DNA from: the human T2T-CHM13v2.0 reference genome, Homo sapiens
Length of the DNA stretch: 64,000 nucleotides
Strand: one strand, 5' to 3'
Assembly: GCF_009914755.1 (NCBI RefSeq)
Contig: NC_060933.1
Shown: positions 42,967 through 54,565 of the stretch, one piece after another
How positions within the stretch are numbered: position 1 is the first letter of the stretch
How the letters are laid out: every line of letters begins with the position of its first letter
Notes under the pieces: generated by a model
What the model was told of the DNA's origin: nothing
What the model saw: only the letters and a program-made list of their open reading frames with translations
Database searches by the model: none
Made by a program: the position numbers and the translations under genes

Positions 42967-43975
42967 TGTTAGTGATGTTTTTCCAGTACCAACTCTCCCA
43001 TACCAGTTGGGTGTCCTACAATTCAATTCTGACACTATCTGAAGTGAGCATCAGATCCTACGGGTTAAGGGTGCAGACTGTTCTCATATCAGACAGCAGA
43101 TGTAAGTCCCAGGGGCCGTCTGTACTTCTGTCTCATGAACCACAAATTTGAGGGTTCCTATGACCACCTCTCAGGTTCAATAATTTGCTAGAATGACTCA
43201 CAGAGCTCAGGGAAGCACTGTAATTATGGTTACTGATTTGTTATATAGTATACAAATGAACAGCCAGGTGAAGAGTTACATAGGGCAACAAGGTCTGTGA
43301 GCAGAGTTGAGGGATGGGGCACAGTGCTACATGATATTTCCAGGCACGTCACCCTCCCAGCACATCCTTGTGTTCAGCAACCCCCAAATTTCCCAAATCT
43401 TGTTGTTTTAGGGTTTTTTATATGGGACTTCATTACATAACATTCAAGTGTTATGGACTGAATATTTTTGTCCCCCGCCATGTAAATTCACCTGTTGAAG
43501 CCCTAATCCTCAATTTGATAATATTTGGAGATGGGGTATTTGGGAGGTAATTAGGATTAGATCAGGTTGTGAGAGAGGGGCCTTCTTGATGAGACTAGTT
43601 GCCTTAAAAAAGGAGGAAGAAAGATCCTTCTCTCTTTGTCTGGCTCTGTGTGTGTTGTGTGTACGTGCACTGAGGAAAGGTCACATGAGGACATAGCAAG
43701 AAGGTGGACATCTGCAAGCCAGGAAGACAGCCCTTATCAGCAACCAAATTGGCCAGCACCTTGATCTGGAAGTACCTAGCCTCCTGTGAGAATAAGTTTT
43801 TGTTGCTTAAGACATCCAGTATATGGTATGTACTTGTGACAGCCAAGCCAACTAAGACAGCAGGTGCATGTAATTAAATTATTGGCCACATGATTGACCC
43901 TGATCTCCAGCCCCTGTTCACTTCTGGGGACCTCCTTGGTAGATAGGGGCTGAAAGTTTCAACCATGTAATTAGG
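42967..43975 (-). mobile_element. MER21-like ERVL LTR, interrupted by MLT1A
   Basis: GGGTGTCCTACAATTCAATTCTGACACTA; AATTTGCTAGAATGACTCACAGAGCTCAGGGAA; GGGGCTGAAAGTTTCAACC. Confidence 0.7.
43449..43859 (+). mobile_element. MLT1A-like solo LTR
   Basis: TGTTATGGACTGAAT ... GTTGAAGCCCTAATCC ... GCAAGCCAGGAAGA ... ACTAAGACA. Confidence 0.8.
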
Positions 43976-44102
43976 TAGGAGAATGTGCGTAGGTTATATG
44001 CAAATACTATACCATTTTATATAAGGGACTTGAGCATCTGTGCATTTTGGTGTCTGAGGGCGGTCCTGGAATCAATCCTCCATGGATACCAAGGGAAGTC
44101 TG
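43976..44102 (-). mobile_element. MER2 (TcMar-Tigger) terminal fragment
   Basis: GTAGGTTATATGCAAATACTATACCATTTTATATAAGGGACTTGAGCATC ... GGATACCAAGGGA..CTG followed by TA. Confidence 0.8.
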
Positions 44103-44122
44103 TATATGTGTATGTGCATATA

Positions 44123-44141
44123 ACACACACACACACACGCG

Positions 44142-44186
<45 letters not shown>
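44123..44186. repeat. Compound microsatellite (AC)8(GC)6(AC)18
   Basis: Seen directly. Confidence 0.97.
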
Positions 44187-44187
<1 letters not shown>

Positions 44188-44434
44188 AAGCTACAATATA
44201 TATTCAACACCAAGCTACGATACATATACATATCTAACATCAGTGTGATTTCGGTGTTAATTCTCCAAACAAGGAAATGCTTAACCAGTGTCACCAAGGG
44301 GGTATCTTTTTCCTTCTTTAATACTAGACTTTCTTTTTCTGTGCATTTATGGTTATTCCTGATCTCACCTCAGTCTACCTCTGACGTGGATCCATGGTAG
44401 ATCAAAAGTCTCATTTGGGAACAAGGACTGATAA

Positions 44435-44791
<357 letters not shown>

Positions 44792-44794
44792 TAA

Positions 44795-45405
44795 AATTTG
44801 TATTTTATTTTTAATTTTTCTTCTTTTTTTAAATTTGTACAAATTTATGGGGCACATGTGAAGTTTTGTTACATGTATATAATATGTAGTAATCAAGTCA
44901 GGGCATTTAGGGTGTCCATCACCTGAGTACCAAATATTTTTGTTAAGTATTGTCACCTTACTCTATGAAACACTGAATTTATTCCATTTTACTGTATGTT
45001 TGTATCCTTTAATGCACTTCTCTTATCGCCTTCACTCCTCTCTACTCACCCTTCCCAGTCTCTGCTATCTTTCCACTCTCTTCCTCTATCTGATCAAATT
45101 TTTTAGCTCCCACATATGAGTGAGAACATGTGATATCTGTCTTCTTGTGCCTGGCTTATTTCACTTATGATAATAACCTCAAGTTCCAACCATGTTGCTA
45201 TAAATGACATGATTTCATCCTTTAGAATGACTAACTAGTATTCCATTGTGTACATAAAGCACATTTTCTTTATTCACTCATCCATTGATGAACACGGGTT
45301 GATTCCATATCTTTGCTATTGTGAATAGTACTGTGATAAACATGGGAGGCAGGCATACCTCTGATAATGTTGATTTCTTTTCCTGTGCATAGATAACCCA
45401 TTTGT
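44795..45405 (-). mobile_element. L1MA-type 3' fragment
   Basis: AATCAAGTCAGGGCATTTAGGGTGTCCATCACC; TTTTAGCTCCCACATATGAGTGAGAACATG. Confidence 0.85.
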
Positions 45406-47391
45406 ACTATGTTTAAGCTTTGCAGGGGAGTCTTCATCAGCTGAGTGTCTACAGGTGTGATTTGCCCTGTCCATATTTATAATTGCACTCCTTGTCAGTG
45501 CCAAAAGTTAGACATATTCCTATCACCTGTTGCTGCTAGAGGATAGCACTGCTTTTCCTCAGTGTTATTCTAGTAGGGTTTTGCAATCTATTCTTAAGTT
45601 GAGGACAAGAAGAACAATCTTGATGAATGCACAGAAATGCCTTCAAATGTTTTCACAATTTTCCTCTGCATATGTTCTATATTGCACTCCAAAATGTATC
45701 CCTTAGCTGGAGCTGTGCTTACTTCTCCATGTCACCATTTCATTCTCATGTGTGCTCATGCTACAGCTATAAATTGCTTTAAACTGTTCCTCAGTAACTT
45801 AACACAACTTAGAACTGACACTTGAGATTATTATAATAATAATCTCAAGTTCCAACCATGTTGCTACAAATGACATGATTTCATGTCATTTGCATGCATC
45901 CAGGAAGACTATGACACTGTGGGCAGAGCAATGAGTGTCTTCTTTATTCCTAAGTGTCACCAAGCAAATAAGAAATGCCTGTGGGTGTCAGACACAGGTT
46001 CATGTAATTGTCAGGGGTAAGGAAGGAGAGGAAGAAGGGAGAGGGAAAAGACATGGGAAGGAAACATGGAAGAAGGTAGAGCAAAAGAAGAGAAAAAGAA
46101 ACAAGTCCACTTTGTAGCAGAGGACACACACACACACCAAGATTACGTCAATGATGAAACCTATTTAAAATAGTTCTAAAGGTAATTTAGGTTTTTGAAG
46201 GGTTTTCTTGCAGAAGGAGCCTATACCATACCCCAAAATGGCTAACTGAAGACCAGGAACCAAGATACAGGACCAAATGGGGCAGAGAAACCAGGAGGAG
46301 TAGAGAGGTGAAGTCTCAGTGAGCCTGGAAGAATTTCCAAAGTGGAATGCAAGACAATCAGAGTGTTTTTAACCGGGGCAATTTGTTTCAGTTCCCAGAG
46401 TTAGGGGTGACAGGTCAGTACCTAGAAGCGGGTCTCCTGACCCCACTGTGGAACACACTCGTCTCTGAGGCCCAGACCCTGCAGCAGGGCAGCACATCTG
46501 ATTATATGACTCTGACGAAATGTCAGAGAAATGAAAACAAATGGCTGAGCAGTCCCTGGGGGTATAAAGAGTTCAGTTATTAAGCTCCTCGACCAGAAAC
46601 ATCGAGATTTAGTCATCTAGGATGATTTTATTCCATTTTCTATTATGGGCTGCACCACATAAATCTGTGTTTTATTGCTGGAGTGAGATGCCAGATAATT
46701 TCGAGATTACTTTTGGCACTGTCTGAGTTAGCTCACTGCTGTGCCGACAAGTGCTTGTGGAAAATTAGCAGCAATGATATTAATCACCTTCTTTGGGGCT
46801 TCCCCCACACCAACCCTCCTAGAGCTTTGTTTTGTCCTTCTTCCAAAAAACAAGAAAACAAAAACATTTCTTCAAAAATGCAGGTATCTCAAGTGGAATT
46901 AGAGAGTGGGGTGAGGTCAGGAAAGAGAGGTAGTAGTCGTGTCTGAGACACAGGAGAGGTGGGACGTAATGAGGCATCCATTGTGTGATGCTATTTTTAT
47001 GTCATATTTCTCATGCTGGAATCCTCTGTGATGAGACTGCTGGGAAATGGAAGGAAAACAAGGAAAAGCGATATTGAAGAACATAAAAGTATAGCCAGTT
47101 TCCTCCTTTGATCAGCACATTCAACTGGTGCAATACAGGGATGGAAAGGAAGGCAAGAAATGGAGGTGGATGAATGGACAGGTGGATGAATGGACGGGTG
47201 GATGGGTGAGGGATTTAGTGCACACACAACCTCACACCCGTACACGTACACATACTCATGTAGCTCTGAAAAAGGCAGTTTATTTTGGGGCCAACTGCCT
47301 TGACAATTGATGCTTTCATTCTCTGTCTCACAATGTCCCCATTAGTCATGCTAGTGCCCTCAAACACTCTCCTATCCAAAGCTGATTTCTT

Positions 47392-47733
47392 TTTTTTTTT
47401 TTTTTTAACTTTTATTTTAGGTTTGGGAGTACATGTGCAGGTTTGTTACGTAGGTAAACTCGTGTCACAGGGGTTTGTTGTACAGATTATTTTATCACCC
47501 AGGTATTAAGCCTAGTACCCAATAGTGATTTTTCTGTTCCTCTTCCTCCTACCCTCAAGTAGACCCCAGTGTTTCTTTCCTTCTTTGTGTTTGTAAGTTC
47601 TCATCATTTAGCTCCCACTTATAAGTGAGAACATGCAGTGTTTGGTTTTCTGCTCCTGTGTTACTTTGCTAAGGATAATCGCCTCCAGCTCCACTCCTGT
47701 TCCTGCAAAAGACATGATCTTGTTCCATTTTAT
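47392..47733 (-). mobile_element. Short 5'-truncated L1PA (older subfamily) with TSD
   Basis: T-tract, GTACATGTGCAGGTTTGTTACGTAGGTAAAC; TSD AAAGCTGATTTCTT / AAAGGTGATTTCTT. Confidence 0.88.
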
Positions 47734-48259
47734 AAAAAAGGTGATTTCTTGAGAATCTCTGAGCTTAGGTCAGAAATTGTATTAGTTTAAGTTACTGCAT
47801 TGTCTACCCAAGGAGGTTCTGCTTTTGATAGAACAGCAACTTTGTCATTTCAGCACCTATACATATTTATTGAATTAAATGTAAGTCTCACATCCAAACT
47901 TATGTAGAGAACAAAAGGGTTTGCTTCCTACTGCAGAAATTTCTGGTATTAAGCAAACTGTTTCTGGGGGGCAGTATGGATAAGCAGACAACTGGGATTT
48001 CTTGGGAAGCCAACTTAGATGTTACCAAGCATTGCCTATGAACAAGTTTGGCTCTAATTGCTATTAATATGTACACACAAATCCACATAAACAGTCCTCA
48101 TTGTGGACCAAGAGCCCCTGAGAGTTCTTTTAAGCCATTATACACAAACTCTAGCCATTCACAGGCCCTCTCTCCACTACTTTTCCATTTCTTTACTTTA
48201 CCTCATGCTCCCGTTATAGCTATTCTGTCCTAAACTTTCCCTCTCATTCAGCTAGATAT

Positions 48260-48705
48260 TTCCCTTCTGCTCACTCCCTGACTCTGGATGTTCTCTACTC
48301 AACCTACCTCCCCTGCACACCCAGTATTCACCTATTCTCTTCAGTGACTCTGGACAGCATCACCTGGTTGGGCTCATCTTCTGGTCGGGCTCAGCTGATG
48401 GAGGCATCAGTAGGAGACAAGTCTATGGGAGGAGAGTGAGGAGTTGGAGTGTTCCCAGCTACTCCTTTCCTGTGCTGCTGTGGTTCTCACAGTGGCTGCG
48501 ACACTTTACAACACAGTTTCTACTGGGTGGTCCCTCTTTCATGGTTTCAGCTCTTACTAGGTTTACTAACACCACTTGTTTTCCTTGCCCCATGAAGTGT
48601 ATAGGGTAATGGTTCCCCACTAATGCTGGTTGTTGGGTACGTCATCATCTATTGTTGGTACTTCGAGTATTTTGCCTATTTCTAGCTAGAACCCTGATTA
48701 ATACA
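48260..48705 (+). mobile_element. LTR33-like ERVL solo LTR
   Basis: GATGGAGGCATCAGTAGGAGA ... GGGAGGAGAGTGAGG ... GAACCCTGATTAATACA end. Confidence 0.55.
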
Positions 48706-49348
48706 ACCATTTTCTAATCATTTCCATTGTCTTTTAAACTTCCTTCCTTTCGTTGTCAACAAATTCCTGTGTTGTTTCCCTTTCTTCTTAAACACCCTCT
48801 ATCTTTTCACTTAAGCTAAAGCCATTTTCTCCACTGCAAATATCACATGCTTTGCAACTCACTTAAATGAAAGCTTCTCTTTCTCCCATGTACCCTATGT
48901 CTTGGGACTAAGTCGGGGAGTTTATGGCTGTTTTCATTGCATCATTCTGCAGCTTCTAGAACTTTAGTCTACCTTAGACATTCTGCATCCCCTTACCCTC
49001 TGATGCCACACTTCCCCTTCATAGTGACTGGTTTCCCTGCCCTGCTCAAATCACCACTCATCCCACAAGCTAAAGACATTCTTCTCGAGGATTCTAGCTC
49101 TGGCTCATGGTCTTCCCATTCACTCATCTCTTCATCCATTCTTACATGTTGTAGGAACTCAATAAATGAGAGCAAATATCATTATTCCCTTCAATCAATC
49201 CCCCAACAGTCTGATATATTTTCCATTCTTTTAATAAAAACTTCAATCTTCACCTTTGCCACCTCATTTTTTTTTTTTGCTTTCTCTTCATTCCTTTATT
49301 TCCTAAAAATCTTACTTCTTTCCATCATTCCATTGAAAGTTCTCTCTC

Positions 49349-49641
<293 letters not shown>

Positions 49642-50955
49642 TAAAGTTCACCGCTGAGGTGCCAGTTACTACTACATACAATGATTTCTTTTCAGTTTTA
49701 TCCTACTTTTTGCTTCACTTTAATTCAACATTGCAAATATTTTTGAATGTGTTCTAGGTGCCTGGTACTGTGCCAAGTGACCTTGTGGGCCAAAACTCCT
49801 CACATAATTTTGTAATCTGTATATATTTTGTGTGTGTAGTTATTTAGAATATTTTCTATTTATTTATTTTACTGTTATTGATACATAATATTTACATATT
49901 TATGGAGAACATATGAGTGTTTTTTACTTGCATAAAATACGTAATGATAAAGTCAGAATATTTGGGGTATCTATCATCTTAAATATTTATTATTTATAGG
50001 TGTTGACATCAAGTCCTCTCTTCTAGTTACTTGGTAGTATACAAAGTTTTCTTGCTAAGTATAGTCACACTAGTCTGATATCAAACATTAAAACTTTTTT
50101 CTTCCATATAGCTGTATGTTGGTACCCATTAACCAACTTCTTTTCATCCCCCTCCCATATACACTCATCCTTCAGAATCTCTGGTATCTATCATTCTATT
50201 CTCTATGTCCATGAGATCAAATTTTTTAGCTCCCTTATATGGGTGAGAAAATGCAGTACTTGTCTTTCTGTGCCTGGCTTATTTCATTTAACACAATGAT
50301 CTCCATTTCATCCATGTTGCTGCAGATGACAAGACTCAATTTTTTATGGCTGAATAGTATTCCATTGCGTATATATACCACATTTTCTTTATCTCTTTGT
50401 CTGTTGATGAACATTTAGGTTGAATTCATATCTTTGCTATTGTGAATAGTACTGCAATAAACATGGAGGTAAGGGAACCCTTTGATATACTGATAAATAC
50501 CTAGTAGTAAGATTGTTCACTGCTGAGAGATCTCAGTATTGTTTTACATAGTGGTTCTGCTAATTTACATTCCCACTGACAGTGTATAAGAGTTGCCTTT
50601 TCTCTGCATCCTCATCAGCATCTGCTATATTTTTTCTTTTTAATAGTAGCCATTCTAATTATCTATATCATATCATATATCATATGTGATAGTGTATCAT
50701 GATATGATTTTCATTTTCCTGATGATTAGTGGTGTTGAGCCTTTTTTCCACGTAACTGTTGGTCATTTGTATGTGTTCTTTTGGGAAAGGTCTATTTAAG
50801 TCCTTTGCTAATTTTTAAGGGGATTATTATTACTATTTTTTAATGTTGAGTTGTTTGAGTTGCTTTTATATTCTGAATATTAGCCTCCTGTTGGATGAGC
50901 AGTTTGCAAATATTCTCTTTTCCAATTTGAATGCCTTTTATTTATTTCTCTTGTC

Positions 50956-52518
50956 TGATTGTTCTGGCAAGGACTTCTAGTACTATGTTGAACAGGAGTA
51001 GTAAAAATGGGCATCCTTATATTGTTCTAGTTCATGGAGAAAAGGCTTTCAACTTTTCCCCATTCAGTGTATTAGCAGTGGTTTTGTCATATGCGACCTT
51101 TATTATTTTAAGACATGTTTCTTTTACGCCTCATTTTGTTGAGAATTTTTATCATCAAGGGTGTTAAATTTTGTTTTTTTGACCTTCATTATGTTGCTGT
51201 GGTGTGTTGTGGGAAGTTAGGGACCCTGAACAGAGGGACTGGCTGAAGCCATAGCAGAAGAACATAAATTGTGAGGATTTCATGGACATTTATTAGTTCC
51301 CCAAATTAATACTTTTATAATTTCTTACGCCTGTCTTTACTGCAATCTCTGAACATAAATTGTGAAGATTTCATGGACACTTATCACTTCCCCAGTAAAT
51401 ACTCTTGTGATTTCCTATGCCTGTCTTTACTTTAATCTCTTAATCCTGTCATCTTCGTAAGCTGAGGATGAATGTTGCCTCAGGACCCTGTGATGATTGC
51501 ATTAACTGCACAAATTGTTTAAACAATATGAAATCTGGGCATCTTGTAAAAAGAACAGGATAACGGCGATGTTCAGGGAACAAGGGAGATAACCTTAAAG
51601 TCTGGCTGCCTGTGGGCCGGGTGGAACAGAGCCATATTTCTCTTCTTTCAAAAGCATATAGGAGAAGTACAGCTGAATTCTTTTTCTCAGCAAGGAACGT
51701 CCCTGAGAAAGAGAATGTGTTCCCAAGGGGAGGTCTCTGAAATGGCTGCTTTGGGAATGTCTGTCTTTTATGGTTGTAGATAAGGGATGAAATAAGCCCC
51801 GGTCTCCTGTAGCACTCCCAGGCTTATTAGGACGAGGAAATTCCTGCCTAATACATTTGGTCAGACCAGTTATCTGCTCTCAAACCCTGTCTCCTGATAA
51901 GATGTTATCAATGACAATGCGTGCCCGAAACTTCATTAGCAATTTTAATTTCACCCCGGTCCTGTGATCTTGCCCTGCCTCCATTTGCCTTGTGATATTT
52001 TATTACCTTGTGAAGCATGTGATCTCTGTGACCACACCCTATTCATACACTCTCTCCCCTTTTGAAAATCACTAATTAAAACTTGCTGGTTTTGCAGCTT
52101 GGGGGGGCATCACGGAACCAGCTGACATGTGATGTCTGCCCCGGACACCCAGCTTTAAAATTTCCCTCTTTTGTACTCTTTCCCTTTATTTCTCAGACCG
52201 GCTGACACTTAGGGAAAATAGAAAAGAACCTACGAAGAATTATCAGGGGTGGGTTCCAGAGCAATCCAGTGATTGCTCTGGCAAGGACTTGTAGTACTAT
52301 GTTGAATAGAAGTGGTAAAAATGGGCATCCTTATATCGTTCTAGTTCTTGGAGAAAAGGCTTTCAACTTTTCCCCATTCTGTATATTAGCTGTGGTTTTG
52401 TCATATGCGACCTTTATTATTTTGAGTTATGTTTCTTCTACACCTCATTTTGTTGAGAATTTTTATCATCAAGGGTGTTAAATTTTTGTTTTTTGCCCTT
52501 CATTATGTTGCTGTGGTG
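50956..52518 (+). repeat. 249-bp direct duplication (50956-51204 and 52270-52518) flanking the MER11 LTR
   Basis: Manual alignment gives about 18 mismatches in 249 bp; the near-identical ORFs 50931..51167 and 52269..52481 reflect it. Confidence 0.95.
51205..52257 (+). mobile_element. MER11 (ERVK/HML-8) solo LTR, 3' end clipped
   Basis: TGTTGTGGGAAGTTAGGGACCCTGAAC...GAACATAAATTGTGAAGATTTCATGGAC ... AGGGAAAATAGAAAAGAACCTACG; ~1.05 kb. Confidence 0.92.
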
Positions 52519-52810
52519 TATCTTGTTTATTGATGTATATATGTTGAACTATGCTTGCATCCCTGCTACAAATCCCACTTGATCATTGTGTATTATCTTT
52601 TTGGGGTGCTGTTGGATTCAGTTTGATAGTATTTTGTTGAGAATTTTTGCATCTATGTTCATCAGGGATATTGGCCTGTAGTTTCATTTTTTTGTTGTAT
52701 CCTTGTCCAGTTTTGGTATCAGGGTAATGTTGGCCTCATAGAATGAGTTAGGGAGAATTCTGTTCTCTTCAACTTTTTGGAATAGTTTGAGGAGGATAGG
52801 TATTAGTTGT

Positions 52811-53189
52811 TGTATTAGTCCGTTCTCACACTGCTAATAAAGACATAACAAAGACTATGTAATTTATAAAGGGAAAAGGTTTAATTGGCTCACAGTTCTG
52901 CATGGCTAGGGAGGCTTCAGGAAACTTACAATCATGGTGGCAGGGGAAGCAAACATGCCCTTCTTCACATTGTAGCAGGAAGGAGAACAATGAGTGCCCA
53001 GTGAAGGGGGAAGCCCGTTATGAAACCATCAGATCTCATAAGAACGAACTCACTATCACGAGAACAGGTTCAGGGAAACTGCCTCCATGATTCAATTATC
53101 TCCACCTGGTCCCTTCCATGACACATGGGGATTATGGGAACTACAATTCAGATGAGATTTGAGTCCAGGGACACAGCTAAACCAGATCA
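52811..53189 (-). mobile_element. THE1 (THE1C-like) solo LTR
   Basis: TGTATTAGTCCGTTCTCACACTGCTAATAAAGACATA ... ACACAGCTAAACCAGATCA; 5-bp TSD GTTGT/GTTAT. Confidence 0.92.
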
Positions 53190-54264
53190 GTTATCCTTTA
53201 TACATTTGGCTGAATTCAGCAGTGAATCCATCTTGTCCTGAGCTTTTCTTTGTTGGGAGGTATTTTATTACTGATTCAATGTTGCTGCTTGTTTTTAGTC
53301 TATTCAGGTTTTCGGTTTCTTCCTCATGCAATCTTGGTAGGTTGTATTTGTGTAGGAATTTATCAATTTCCTCTAGGTTTTCCAGTTTGTTAGCATATAG
53401 TTGTTCATAAGAGCCTCTGATGATCCTTTGCATTTCTGTGGTATCAGTTGTTTATTGGGTCTTCTTTTCTTGGTTAGTCTAGCTAGAGGTTTATCAATTT
53501 TGCTTATCTTTGTGAAGAACAAACTTTTTATTTAATTGATCCTTTATATTTTTATCAGTCTCTATTTCATTTACGTTTGCTCTGATCTTTATTGTTTCTT
53601 TTCTTCTGCTGATTTTCCATTGATTTGTTCTTAGTTTTCTGGTTTCTTGAGGTACATCATTAGATTGTTTATTTGAAATATTTCTCTTTTTTTGATGTAG
53701 GCATTTATTGCTATAAACTTCCCCCTTAGCACTGCTTTTGCTTTATCTCACAGTTTTTGATATGTTGTATTTCCATTTTCATTTGTTTCCAGACATTTAA
53801 TTTCTTCATTGACCCATTGGTCCTTCAGAAGCATGTTGTTCAATTTGTATGTTTTTATAATTTCCAGTGTTCCTCTTAGTTTCAATTTCTAGTTTTATTG
53901 TGGTCTAAGAAGACACATGATATAATTTTGATTTTCAAAAATTTGTTGAGACTTGCTTTGTGGCCTAACATATGGTCTATTTTGGAAAATGCTTCATGTA
54001 CTGTTGAGAAAAATGTGTATTTTGCCAATGTTGGATAAAATGTTCTGTAAATGTCTATTAGGTCCATTTGCTGTAAGGTCCAATTTAAATCTAATGTTTC
54101 TTTGTTGATTTTCTGTCTAGATTATCTGTCTAATGCTGAGAGTGGGGTGTTGAAGTCCAGATATTATTGCACTGGAGTCTCTCTCTCTCTTTAGATCTAG
54201 TTAATATTTGCTTTATCAATCTGGGTGCTCTGGTGTTGGATGCATATATATTTAGAATTGTTAT

Positions 54265-54565
54265 GGCTGGGCATGGTGACTCACTTCTGTAATCCCAGCA
54301 CTTTGGGAGGCTGAGGCAGGCAGATCACTTGAGGTCAGGAGTTCAAGACCAGCCTGGCCAACATGGCAAAACCCCATGTCTACTAAAAAATAAAAAAATT
54401 AGCTGGGCATTGTGGTGCACACTTGTAGTCCCAGCTACTCAGGAGGCTGAGGCATGAGAATCACTTGAACCTACGAGGTGGAGGTTGCAGTGAGCTAAGA
54501 TTGCCCACTATATTCCAGCCTGTTATTTTTTTTGAACTCCTGGCCCCCCCGCCAACAAAAAAAAA
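54265..54565 (+). mobile_element. Alu (AluSx/Sz-like) with rearranged 3' end
   Basis: TSD AGAATTGTTAT (54254-54264, 54566-54576). Confidence 0.93.

Noticed and set aside
51260-51440. Internal direct repeat GAACATAAATTGTGA.GATTTCATGGACA in the LTR
   Set aside because: As I recall this is a normal feature of the MER11 consensus; not a CRISPR-like array or a local event.
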